NCBI GenBank assembly: GCA_030167865.1
Contig: JALAGF010003940.1
Span: 1-64,000 of the forward strand
Reading direction: 5' to 3'
Length of the DNA stretch: 64,000 bases
Source: Craspedostauros australis
Lineage: Eukaryota
Shown here: one piece after another, positions 32,292 to 45,137 of the stretch
Layout: each line of letters opens with the position of its first letter
How positions within the stretch are numbered: the first letter of the stretch is position 1
Position numbers and translations under genes: made by a program
The notes under the pieces: model-generated
Seen by the model: the letters and a program-made list of their open reading frames with translations, nothing else
Databases searched by the model: none
Told to the model about the DNA's origin: nothing

Positions 32292-33796
32292 GGTGCCTGA
32301 TGCGAACTGTCTCTCGTTTTGTGTTGTTGATTGCTTGATTGATCTTGACCCTGAGTCGATCTGGATTGATCTGAATTGAATTGCAGGATGAGAGTCTGCG
32401 TCACTCGAGAGGATGTTTGTTGATTTGGTTTTGTGAGTGCCAAAGTTGTACTCGTCGTTGCCCTTTTTATGATATGTCTCCAGCAGCAGCTGCGACGAAT
32501 GGTGCAAGTGCAACTGCAACTGCAACAAATGAATGAATGGCCCAGTGAATGAATGAGTGTGTTGTCACCTGGATACCTCTCTTTGCTGTCTCCGTATTGG
32601 CAGCTTGAAGTGCTCAGCTCTGCTCAGCTCTACGATGGTATGCGTACAGTGACGTACTATACTGCAACTCTTGGTTCAATCCAATGCGATCCAGTCCAAT
32701 GCCACGGAACGCAATGCGATACTCGGCTCTCTCCAATGCGATGCTGCGATGTGATGTCATGCGATTCAACGCAACGTAATGTGATGAATGCTGTCTGGTG
32801 ATGATTTCTTTGGCGCTGGCGGATGCAGATGCTGTTGCCGCCAATTCTGTTGCCTCTCCCGCCACTTCGATGTGCGCCATGTGACTGGCCTTTGTCTGTT
32901 GACGTCGCCCGCCTGGTTGGCGGGTGGGTGCGTTTGCTGTTGCTGGCTTTGGCTGTTGATGTTTGACAGGTGTTGTTGCCGTTCGTGTTCGCATGGGTGT
33001 TTGGTTTCTTTGGTGGTTGGTGCGTTGTCTCGTTCATTTGTGCGGTGTTGTTGTATCTTTGTCACCCGCGCGTGTCGCGTGTGGGGTATCTGTTGATGTA
33101 TCGGATCTCATTTTTGGGTCATCTTCGTTTTGATTGGTCGACACTCAATCCATCCTCACACCATCAATGACGTCAGTTGTCGTCAATCGCGACATTCGCC
33201 GAACGCGCGCCGGGTTCAGTCTCAACCTCCAGTTTAACCTATTTATAACGGTCGAGTACAACACGCGCCACTCTTCGTACGACACAGACGCTACGTGGAG
33301 GGAAGATTCGAAAACAAACATCGGTTCGAAATCAAATGGCAACAAACAGATGGCGACAGATGACGAGAGAGAAGAAGAACAGCAACACTCCAATCACATC
33401 GAAAGAGGAGGCCGTAGCCGTGAACTGCTCATGCCAAGGCTTCTGCAGGAGCATCATTGACCAGCTTCAGCTCGAGTTGCATCTCCAGCCATTTGCACGA
33501 GGCAAGAGAGTGCTACTGTCCGAGTATTGGTACTCTGGTATACGAGTACTCTATTCGAACAATCGTCGTCGTCGTCGTTGTTGTTGTTCTCCAATTCAAC
33601 AGCGACCCATCTACAGTCCACCGGCCGTTCATCACCATCGCAGAGCGCCCCGAGCTTGCCTCCGGGTCAGATCGAATCGGATCGCACGAGACGTCCGCAG
33701 TCGAGAAGGATTGAGCTGATGCTGGGATTGTCGCTCGTCGAGAAAGCAAACTGACTCAATCATAAACCACACCGAGCAAAGGATCAACGCTTGACG

Positions 33797-35931
33797 ATGG
33801 CAGGCAGGAAGGCAGGTCCAGGTGGCCTGCGGGCCGCATTCGGCGCGACGCCGCAGGCACTCAGCATCTACCGCATCAGCCTGGGGATGCTGCTCACCTC
33901 AGAGCTCGTGCTCAGGTTTCAGTTTCTTCATGCCTTCTACACAGATGAAGGGTGCGTTTCATCAATGTCCGATCCGTCATGCTTATCAGGCATGCATCCG
34001 GTGGACCTGTGCATGCGCTTGCGTTTGCGTTTATATTCATCTGTTCGATTATGCTTTGAAGAGCGTTGCTCCAAGTGGCGGCCACCAACAAATGCCCTAC
34101 GCTGACAGTACTTTTGCATCTGCAACATTCATTATTGTGTATCACCACGTTCCCTCAACGCAATCAATTGTCGACCGTCCATCCACCAACGAATTCATCA
34201 ATCTGTACATCCATACACAACGGCGTGCGTGTGGCGACATGACCACTCCACCAACGCACGTATCACGCATTCCACAGAACGATGCCGCTTCATTTGCTTC
34301 TGCCAAGAATTGACACGCTATATCGATGGTTTTGTATCCACTGCCATTTCGGGACGTTATTCCAACAGCAGGTGCTGCTGGCGATTCAGGTCATCTTTGC
34401 GGTCATGTTCACGCTCGGTTACAGGACGAAGTTGGCGTCAGTCGTTTCGTGGTACATGTACTCCAGTGCCATCTTGCGAAACACATGGCTGTATTTTATC
34501 CTGGATCGCTACTTCTTCTACCTGCTGTTCTACGGAATGTTCCTCCCGCTCTCCCAGTGCTGGAGCGTCGATGCTTCCATGTCGAAGTCACCGCAGTTAT
34601 CGAACTCGCCACCTTCATCTGCATCAATGGCGTCATCAAAGGACCAAGGCCAGATGGCCGGCGAATCCAAAAGCAACGACCCACAACCAACAGTTTCGAA
34701 GGCAGGAAACGGTGAACCGAGCGGAGTCTCTGTCATCGTATCGCCCGCGACTGTGACACTCAAACTGCTGGTGCTTTGGATCTACCTGGATGCTGGCGGC
34801 GGCAAGTACATGGACCCGCTGAAGGGCTGGACCTTTTACGCCGATCCACTCCCAGCACTGGATACCTACTGCCGCCACACCTTCATGGCGAGATGTCTAT
34901 ACGCGATCCTGGGTCCGATGGGCCTGCGGTTGCTGACGCCCACCGTGGTGTGGGTGGAACTTCTGTCGGCTCCATTAGCATTCGTTTTCAGCTATGTGGG
35001 CAACGCGAAGATGACCTACGCTATGATTGGGATCATTTCGTCGTTGCATTTCGGTATCTCCCTCACCATCCGAAATGCTGTGCTGCTGAGTTTCGTTGCG
35101 ATTGTCTCCTGGGCTATCTTTCTGCCAGTTGGTTGGAAGGAGTCGACCACATCATCAAGCAGTTCGGCAAGACCGCAGTCTGATGACGCCGCCGATGATC
35201 ACTCTCGGTCTCAAATGACACCATCAACCACAACAGCAACTGCGTCAACCACGACCACCACGACAACGAACCAGCTTGCTCGTAGTCTGATCAATCCTTC
35301 AACACTGATCATTGTAGCCATGATATCGGCCAACGTCTGGTTCGAGACTGTCGGTGATTGCACATCTGGACTGAAACGCAACATCTTCGCAACTCTCTTG
35401 CAGAACAGATGGAACGTGTTCATCGGCGCAGAGGAGTACGTCACGTGGGAGATTGCGCCAGGTCGTCTGGCGGATGGCTCCATCGTGGACGTTTGGGGTC
35501 GACGGGATGAAGTCGAGTGGACGATGCCGGGAACTGGGGCACCGTGCACTTCCACGGCAAGGCCCGGCCGTTGGAGATCGTTTCCGTACCTTGCTGAGCT
35601 CGACGAGGAAGACAACCACATCCTGTGGGAGTATCTATGCATGCAGTGGGATGCCGAGAACCTGGTCGATGATCCAAAGAATCCGCATCCCGAACGACGT
35701 TTGCTGCGCTACAACTTCTTCATGCTGCAGGCGGATGTGCTCCCGAACATGGGGTTTTCATCGACCAAAAAACGGCTCGTCCATTCTCACGAGTGCGGGC
35801 AGACCTGGCAAGATGTGGTGAATGAAAGACGGCACCAGGCTGGGAATGAAAACGAGGACGAAAAGCAGCGACAACAGCAGGAGCAGTTTGGCAGCATGCT
35901 GAGCAGCGGTGATGGCGGCGGCGACCTGTAG
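33797..35931 (+). CDS. HTTM-domain polytopic membrane protein; exons 33797-33951 and 34278-35931
   Basis: ALSIYRISLG...FYTDEG|TMP joined across a GG|gtgcgt...ccacag|A intron. Also LGYRTK, LRN, multiple TM helices, LHFGI, LQNRWNVF and GRWRSF. Confidence 0.8.
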
Positions 35932-37045
35932 ACCGGATTGAAGCCTTGACGTAGGTATTCTACGAGCCTACTCGTACCATGCTTGCAGTAGTAGGAATGA
36001 GCGTTGCGGTTCCGCTGCTTCTCGGCTGACTCGCCCGAATCGTCACTTTGGGCACGTCAGGCGAAGGCAGTTTCATCAATGTTCTACTTATTGTCGCGAG
36101 ATGCATGGTCCAATCGAATGAACCTGTTGATATCTTCGTACCAATAGCATGTGCATACTTGCAGGGTGCATTGATGCATCGTGCGACTATGTGAGTAGCA
36201 CGAACACGAAGATTGGATGCGCTGCCTAGGTGCACCTCCCATACACGCAACGAAAATCAGAATAACCACGCACAATGCATCGATTCAATTTCGCATCAAG
36301 GATGGATGCGATCAAGGGTGGTGCAAAGGACTTGCTTTTGTCCGTGTTGCAAGAAAGCTTAGACAAGCGATGGCACACAACAAGATAACTCCCACACCCA
36401 CTTTTTCGGATTGTCTGTGCGCGTTGTTCGTAACGGATGCAGCACAATACATTCGGCTTTGCTTCGCCAACCAATGCATGCTCTGCGAAGTGTTCGGGAT
36501 TGTGACAACTTGAGAGGACAATTATTCCAACCACGCCAGTACGTACTCCACGTATTGATCGTAGGTCAATAAATCTCAGCCTTGGTTGCCGTCAGAGAGT
36601 GATCACACATCAGGCAAAACCTCCACAAGTTGTGGTTGTGGTGTGGTGGCAGAGTTGTTGCCAAGATGACGACTACAACTACAATGCGTAGGAGTACGCT
36701 TGGGAGGATAGTTGTGGAGACGGGAGACAAGATACTTTGCTCCGATTCTGTTCTCTCGGCAGTGAACGCTGGAGCCGAACAAGAAATCCGGGCTGTTCAA
36801 AGTATTATACCACAAACAAGTGCTGAAGCGCCTCGCGAGAGAAAAAGGTTTTTGTTTGGGAGAGTTGAGAGCGTTGCTGTTACGTACTATTCACGCATAT
36901 TCTGCCACTGTTGCTTCATTGCTTCCGGTATCATGTGCCCTGTACTACCCACAGCTGTTCCCACCAACTTCAAGAGAGAAAGAGAGAGAGAGTGCTCCAC
37001 TGCAGTGAAAGGGCCATCATGGAGTACAAACACAATGGCATTCGA

Positions 37046-38570
37046 TCAACACCAGCCCATGAACAGGGTTTGGTGAGCTCTTACTTAATGTAGCAAATCT
37101 GAGTGCGATTATACAAGGCAGATGGTCCACATAGACTTCAGCAATGTCGATGTCTCAACGGCACCTGACAGAGTAGAGTCCTTGCTCCCTCCCTCTCTCT
37201 CTCTCTCTCTCTTTTGCGTTCGTACCCATGCTTGCAGACTCGACACGGAACTCCCGATCAATTGACATACCTCACTCGCGGCATCCTGTCTCTCCTTTCT
37301 GAGATGTCAAGCGCCCCATCAGTCGCTCTTGTGTCTGAACTGAACTTTGGCGAAGACCTCAGCTGGGAGTCGGTCGGTATGTAGAGCACGATGTTCGTGC
37401 ATGAGGCACATCTCGAGAGATGTGGGCAGTGCGCGAGAATGACGCTCAACCAAATTTTCGGAACTTATGGGCGGCAATGTCAAACATCTCTTGACTCGGT
37501 GTGAAGTGTGCAGCACATCCACGAGCGACAGATGTGAAACGATACTCGCATCCATGGAGCTACGATGCAACAAGAAGGTTTCTGAGAAGATACGTCGAGA
37601 AGAAGCGAATTGCGTGTGTTTGCGGTGATGGAAAGTCACAGAAATGATGACAACTGCAACCAACGGACCGCCCTCTTCCAGTTTCTTCTCTCCAGACAGA
37701 GGACATACGAGCACAATCTTCGCACCACCGACAGTTGGTCCATTTAACTAACCGTACTCTCCACAAGAGCCAAAGAAATGATATTTGATGATAAGCGAAA
37801 TGCCATCCAATCAACATCAGCCCACGGACATGGTTTGTTGATCTCTTACTTAATGTAGCAATTCTGAGTGCGATTATACAAACGGATAGTCCACATAGAT
37901 CCTCAAAATGTGAGTGCCTCGACGGCAAGATCAGTGAACGCTACCGGCATGAAGAAGACAGCTCAAACCTTGAGGATGATGTCATGATCACTCCTACTCT
38001 CATCTCGAGTACTAACGTACTATGACACGGCATCCATTCTCTCTGGAGAGCAGCACCTGTGTACGAGTAGACCCCACTTTCCGCAGTTTCTCTACTGAAT
38101 AATACTGTCGCGGAAGGTCTCAATCGTGATGCGTACACATGTTGCCGACTGGGGCAGAGCACGATGCATGGAGCTGACTCGGAGAGGTACAAGCAATCTG
38201 CCACTCTGGGCGAGAATGGAGCCCCGTAAATCGCTGCAGCTCATGGGGCAGCGATGTCAAGCACGAGCACAAGTACAAGCACATGCAGAGCGAAAGTGCA
38301 TTGAGATACCTCGAGATGCAAAGCCATTGGAAGGATGACTATTCTGGAGCCTGAGAAACTCAACCAGGCTACCGTTGCCTAATCCACTGCTTGCAATGGA
38401 GCATAGTATTGTCTTTTGTCCCAGCAGCTGCTCCAACATCAACCAACGAGTACTCTGGACTACCGTGGCAGCCGGTCATTCAATCCACACTCTTCCACGG
38501 TGCATCTCTCATTGCTCTTCTACTTAATGTCGCAATATATGGTGCGATTATACAAGCGGATGGTCTGCAT
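37046..38570 (+). repeat. Dispersed ~120-bp repeat; copies at 37046-37163 and 37811-37927, diverged core at 38515-38570
   Basis: Shared core TACTTAATGT(A/C)GCAA..(T)..GTGCGATTATACAA. A 16-bp exact remnant AGCAAATCTGAGTGCG also lies at 39712-39727. Confidence 0.8.
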
Positions 38571-40266
38571 ATCCTCCAAGAAGGCCAGTGCCCTAGTAGA
38601 ACACGCAGTGGAACACAACGAGCGCTTTGGCGAAACACGTTGCAAACCAATGGTTTGCCATCGTACGTGCGTCACTTACTCGCTCACTCTCTCCACTCAC
38701 AGAGATGCGTTGCCCGTTTTCTTTTTGCGGAACGCAACAATCGCACCATTTCCTTCCGTATCGGTATGCAGAGAACTTTAGCAGGCAAGTCCACGAGCAG
38801 GGCACAAGTACGAACAGAGAGAGAGAGAGAGAGAAACAGGGACGTGAGCAGGAATGACGTACGGCTAAGTCTCTTCTGAATCATAGCTGGCGATGCCAAA
38901 CATGTCTGGGTTTTGCGCGAAACAACATTTGTGGCCGCCCAGGCCAATGATGAAAAAGTGAGGCGATGCCAACTGCGACCTCGTGGACGGAGATGCAAAA
39001 AGACGACCATCACAACACGTCTCTGGACGCAAAATCGCAGAGATGGTGGTTCATCGGCACCACGCTCGCGTAGGCAGACAGAGGATCGACTGCCTGCAGG
39101 AATCCTTCCGTATTGCCAGTGTGTGAGCACATACCAAGGAGTAGTATTCGAACGAGTAGAAGGAGGAGGTGCACGATACTGCTGCAATTCCACTCGAGCA
39201 TTGCTTGGAGAATGTCTAACGTACATGCTCGGCGGCTTCACTAATCCATGGCCTGGAGCTTCGGCTATGGCATTCGGTCAAGTCGCGATCAGCCATTGCA
39301 AAGAGCGGATCTATTTCATCCATGCTCCGGCTAGGGGAAGCGACTATCAAGAGACAGAGAGCCAGCCAATCAATGGGCGGCAACCGCTGTGTCTCTTCAA
39401 TACATCTACATAATGATGGTAAACTCAGTGCGATCAAGCGAGCGGTTCCAATGTGTCTTCATGTCCTGTTGTGTGAGGGTTGCAGTCGTCATACCAAACA
39501 TACCATTGACCGTGCATCGTGGCCGGGGTTGTTCTTCTGGCGGCTTCGTCATGAGGTGGGATGGCATACGTACTCCACCGATACTGCACTTCAGAGAGTG
39601 GTTGGGGCTCATCTTGTGGAGCTTCCGACTGGAGGGATCGCATTTTATTGTCTAGTATCGGTGGCACGACTCAAAGCACTTCCGATCCATCCATATTCTG
39701 TCCGTGAGAACAGCAAATCTGAGTGCGGACAATATTTTATCGGACAATTATAATCGAACGGGTCAAGGTATCGTGACATTTGTTCATGCAAACGGCTTCA
39801 TGGTAACCGTTTCAAAACGCTCATATAACGCTAAATGTCACGTAAAAACAACATCTTGCGGTGCTTGCTCGGTGTCAGAAACGGTCACTTTCATGATTTT
39901 GTGTCCACATTTTCAGTGTCACGTGTCGAATGAACACGATGTGGAGAAAACAGTGGCAACACAAACGTCGTATTGCTTGTTTGGACCTGCGAAAGGTCAT
40001 CAACCACCTCCCTTCTCCGCAATAACGTGCAGGGTGAATGAGGTTGGTCGGAAGTCCAAGCTGGTGCTCAACCATCCCAAAGACACACAACGATACTTTT
40101 ACAAGAAGCTCTGCCTTACATTGCAGGAACAGCAGAACTGCAACCAGAAGTTGAACCCAGCAGCAACAACAGCAGTAGCAACAGAAGCAACAGAGGGAGC
40201 AGCCTGGACCTGCACAACTATCCACTTGACGACCAACAGCAAGCAACCAGTCTCCTCTTTCTGACC

Positions 40267-43200
40267 ATGGTGAAGCGCAGCGTGGCGTGCGGCGGACAGC
40301 GCCGCTGTCCACGCAGTGCTGTGATAAGCGCCATCGTACTTCTCGTTGGCTGGGCGGTGCCATCGGCAATTGCATCGTCGATTGATCTCAACGAAGCTGT
40401 TACCAAGCCAGGGCATGAGAGATTCGCTGTCAAATTCATCAAAGCCAACGAAGTGCCATCGGTCTTGTCATCACGAGGGATAATGGAAATGAATGAGACC
40501 GCCAAGAGTTCCGCCAAGAGTCCCGCGAGCAATCAGACTGGCGCTCCCAGCGGCAATGTGACGGATGAGTCAGAATCATCAATAGGGGAAGAGACAGCAA
40601 CCAACACAACAGCCGACGGCCCATTTCCAACAGAAGATAGTGATGGAGTGGAGGAGGTCAACCACAATTCTACAGCATCCGCGCAGCCATCGGCGGGAAG
40701 TGCGAGCCGCTTTCCAACTCAGCTACCAAGCAACCAGTCGCACAGTCCAACTGGGAACGCCACGGCAGATACAACTCGGAGCACGAATGCGACCTCAACT
40801 CCCACCTTGAGAACCTCTACAACTCCTACAGCGATCCCCACCGCACAACATGGCACAAACCGGACGGCAGGACCGACAGTTGGCATCGACATTCCCTCGG
40901 ACCTGCCATCGGACATGCCGTCACTGGTGCCATCCCAGATACCGTCCACCAAGCTCGGTGGGATTGGCGCGCGCCCTGACGACCCTTCGTCGACATCATC
41001 GTTTCCACCCACGATGGCGTTCCGAGCGCCGCGATCGCCCACCGCTGTGCCGACTCTATCATCGCGGCCGTCCAGCCTACGATCTGCGTTTCCATCGCAG
41101 GGGCCGTCGTCGACACCCTCCGTGAGTGGCCAACCAAGTTCCTCTCTGTCGTCAGGCCCATCAATACTCCCGACAGAGAGCATAGGCCCGAGCGGCGTGC
41201 CATCTTCGTATCCATCACAGTCGCTGAATCCCTCTGCCAGTTCACAGCCAAGCACGCTGCCTAGCATGGCACCGTCCACGAATCCTTCCGCGAACCCGTC
41301 GTTGTCTGCGCTGCCTTCGACATCTCCAAGCGCGCATCCTTCCACATCGCCGTCACGGTCGCCGTCTCAGTTCCCTTCGTGGCATCCGTCGAGCACACCT
41401 TCGATGCTGCCGTCGGCCACGCCATCATCCGACCCAACGATGACGCCATCTTCACCCCCATCGGTGTCGCCATCGAAAACGCCCTCCGAGCATCCCAGTG
41501 CATCTCCATCGGTGATGCCATCGTCAGTCCCGTCGTCGACGCCAACTCTGACATGTCACGATAACTCAACGTATTCAAGTCCAATCATTGGGAAGCTGAA
41601 ATGTGAGGATCATGGCGACATACCGTGCTTCATGTGGCGCGAACTTGGCATCCTCAACACGGAGGAGCTGGGTGATCTGATCAACAGCTGTCCCGAGTCT
41701 TGCAGCATCCCCTGCGGCGCCTTCCAGAAATACTCCATCTCTGTCGGGTTCCACATCTCCGGCGTTCCTGGATTGCTCAGCCCAAAGTCGATGCGGGTGC
41801 TGGAAGAGGTGTCCTTCAAGTACATGACCAACTTCATCCAAGGCTCGGAGGCCGATGGAACATTTGGACTTGACGCGGTTGAACTCAAGGCGCAGAGCCT
41901 TCGTGAGCAGTCTTCAGCAGGACGCCGTCTAATGCACGATCCCGCGACCGTCGCCACGCAGGCCGAGATGAAGATCGCCGCACATTCTGCTCGCAGTACG
42001 TCAGTGAGGACACGGAGACGAACGCAAGAGGAGCTTCTTTGGGTCAACTGCCAATTCCGAGGCTTCTCGATCGGGCTCTCAGACGAATCGCTCACCGACG
42101 CACTTGTGAGGGGGATCGACAGTCCTGGTTACGAAATGGCCATCCAAAACTCCAACGATACCGCTTTCGTGCAGGCGCAAATCTTTCAGCCATCGCAAGA
42201 TCCGACGTTTGATGCCGACGATAGCTCCTCCAACAGAGATGGAGCGAGCACCGCGACCGTCGTGGTGGCAACGCTGGCATCCATCAGCATCTTTCTGATT
42301 TCGATAGTCGTGGTGCTCTATCACAGAAGGTCCGGCAGATGGATTCCACCGCTGAAGGAGCCACCGAGCATGGATTCTGAGATTGGGTTGAACAGCCCAG
42401 CGAGCTTGTCCATGGAGAGATGGATAGGAAGCGTGTCGCAAGAATCGGACAGCATGCTGTCATTCCAGGAGTCACCCGCAGTCCAATCGAGCTTCAGCGG
42501 ACGGCGCTTGCTCCGGATACTGAGCGGAAGCGCAGGCCGCAGCCAGTCAGACACCGACAACGACGATTCCGACAGCCATGTGGACGCAATCGAAGAGTCT
42601 GCAGCCGCCATCGTCATTTCGCCCATGAGCGACAGCAGCGACGAGACGGCAGCGCACAACAGAGGGAGACATGATACCCACACCGTTGCCAACAGCAACA
42701 GCAACAGCAGGAGAAGCAGCGGCAATATCAACATCACCATCCCCGCTGTGATCGCCAACAGCAACAGCGCCAGCAGCCATACGAGGAATGGAATGCTGGT
42801 GGAGAGATATGATATTGGAAAGAACGAGGATGCGCGTCGCGACGGCAACGATCCCAATGTCGTCACCCGTAGCAACAATGTGATAAGCTGGGATGCCAAT
42901 GCGGGTGCAACCACCAGCGGACCCGCTACTTTGTCTACCATCATCCCTCCCATGATCGTCATTGACAACATCGAGAAGAAAACGGCTGATGCAAGCACCC
43001 GTCCGCAGGTGGATTCGGCTGACGAGCAGAAGGGAGGCTCATCCCAACGCGCCGAAGCATCCACCGAGCTGCTCTCGGTTCTTGCACAACCCAATCCGGG
43101 CATGCTTCTGTAAGTCGTTCGTACGGGTTTGTTCTGTATGTTTCCCGTTGGGCTTGCGGTTGTGTTTGCGCTTGCGCTTGAGTGTGCGCTGGTTCATGTG

Positions 43201-45137
43201 GCCATGAGGTTGCGATGCATTGCAATGCACACATTGTCTTGCTTGGACTGCTGCATTGCTGCATTGCTCCGTCAGCGCATTCTATCATCCCACAACGTTG
43301 CTCACTTTCATCCCCTTCAATACTTGGATTCTGTGAACACTTTCCACGCATCCATGCTACGTACAACATTCCACCTTCACTTCGTCGCAATCATTGTTCC
43401 GTGACGAACAGAGATCCTCAGATGTTCGATCCTTCGTTGAAGGCGGCCAACCAACACTGGACGCCCGTTCGCTACGACAGCCAAATTCCAGGACGCCCCG
43501 TCCTGTCCTTCGGCATCAATGACTCTGGCTCGTCGGAGGAGGAAGACGGCGAGGACGGCAGCAAGAACTCCGTGGCGTCAACGCCGGTCAGTTCCGCAAG
43601 CACCGCAACTCCGTTGGTGCATCGGCGATCGCAGAGCTCTGGAGATGTTGAAGACACTCCCCAGCAAGGCGCGAAAAGAAATCTGATGTTCTCGCAGATG
43701 AGCATATTAGATCTGCGGCCTGACGCTGCTCCCATGCCATCGTATGGAATGGAGAATCAGCACACGAACGCAATCACGAAGACAGGCACGATCCCACCTC
43801 AATCGCAGGAGTACGCATGGGCCTACGGTATTGAGGACGATGACGACGAAGACGACTACGGTGACAACAATGACACTGACAAATATGGCCACATTGGCAG
43901 CCCCACCAACAATGATTCATCGGAGCACAGGTCGGAACCATTTGCAGAGAGGTCTCCGGTGCAGCTAGAAGCACGGGAGGTCCCGGCATCTGTTCTGAAG
44001 GATAGGGTGGCACCGAACATTGCCATCGACGTGGCCCAACCTTCCCTGCAGTCTTCTTCTTCAAGACAGGCTGCACATATCCCTCCAACGACGCCCGGCG
44101 AAAGCAAGGAACCTCGTCGTCTGATGCAGAGCGTGTGGAACCTCAGTCCCATCTCGCTAGTGCGGAGGGAGAGCATCACCGGTGGGCCAACGAAGAGCCT
44201 CAAGCTCCCCAGCCTGCCCAAGAGCATGCAATGGAAGAAGACGTCGGCCTCCTCGTCGTCATCATCATCCCGCGAGAGCAACCACCGGAGGTTCGGCAGC
44301 GGCACGATCGACGTTCAAACCAGCGACGATGATGGAGATCAGTCGTCCGGCGCTGTCACCCGTCATGAATTCACGGCACCGAGAAAGGGACAGCTGGGAT
44401 TGGTCATTGAGATCGATCCCATGATCGGACCCGTGGTCAGCGCGGTGAAGGACTATTCTCCGTTGTTTGGAAAGATCAGGAGAGGCGATGAGATCGTCGA
44501 GGTGGATGGGAAGGACACATCTCACAGCCTGCTGTCTGAAGTCACGAAGCTTCTCAGCACGCGTCCGGGACGCCGCAGCAACACTGTCCGCATCGTCGTG
44601 GCGCGCCGAGCTCGGCCCTCACCGACGACTATGGGAATCTCATCTGCATCTGTCTCCACTCCAGGCATGGGAGCACCTGTATCTTCATCCACTGGCATGG
44701 GCATGGCGATGGCCACAATGGCATCGGCAACAGCAACAGCAACAGCAACATTTCCCAACGGGGAAGGTATAGATGGTGGCGGAGTCGTGCCTGCGTACGA
44801 TAGTCATGCAGGTTCTTCCAGCCAAGGCCGCCACGACAGAGACAACAGCTTGGGCAACAGCACGATCGGAAGTGCTGGTGAATTGCAGAACTACCAACCG
44901 CATCCACATCCGCATCAGCATTTTCACCAACATCATCAGGGTCACGGTGCGTCCATGACAATCGATGACGCCAATCCTAACAACCGCAATGGGAGGGTTG
45001 GAACGACAGCGACAGCACCAACAAGTACATTGGGAACAGCACCACCAACAGCATCATCGTCATCGTCATCTTCGTCGGCGTGGAAGTTCTTGCGGCGCGG
45101 CTCCTTCTACAGCGACAGAAACACCAGTGAATGTTGA
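40267..45137 (+). CDS. Type I membrane protein: signal peptide, PS stalk, Cys module, SEA-like/RRL module, TM, disordered tail, PDZ; exons 40267-43109 and 43412-45137 (~1522 aa)
   Basis: The intron CT|gtaagt...gaacag|A joins the 948-aa and 651-aa ORFs in frame. Features: PSxxPS repeats, CHDNSTY...SCPESCSIPC, GRRLM, TM VVVATLASISIFLISIVVVLY, and PDZ APRKGQLGLVIE...VKDYSPLFGKIRRGDEIVEVDG. Confidence 0.82.

Noticed and set aside
32292-32528. N-terminal 79-aa extension of the 1080-aa ORF
   Set aside because: It begins at a non-ATG codon and is UTR-like; the first ATG gives a clean signal peptide.
37046-39727. CRISPR array (35-bp conserved core repeated)
   Set aside because: The spacing is ~700 bp, the copies are diverged and embedded in longer homology, there are no cas genes, and the context is eukaryotic.
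39704-40264. 186-aa ORF just upstream of the 40267 gene
   Set aside because: Non-ATG start, CAA/CAG-rich leader-like composition and no motif; probably promoter or 5' UTR.
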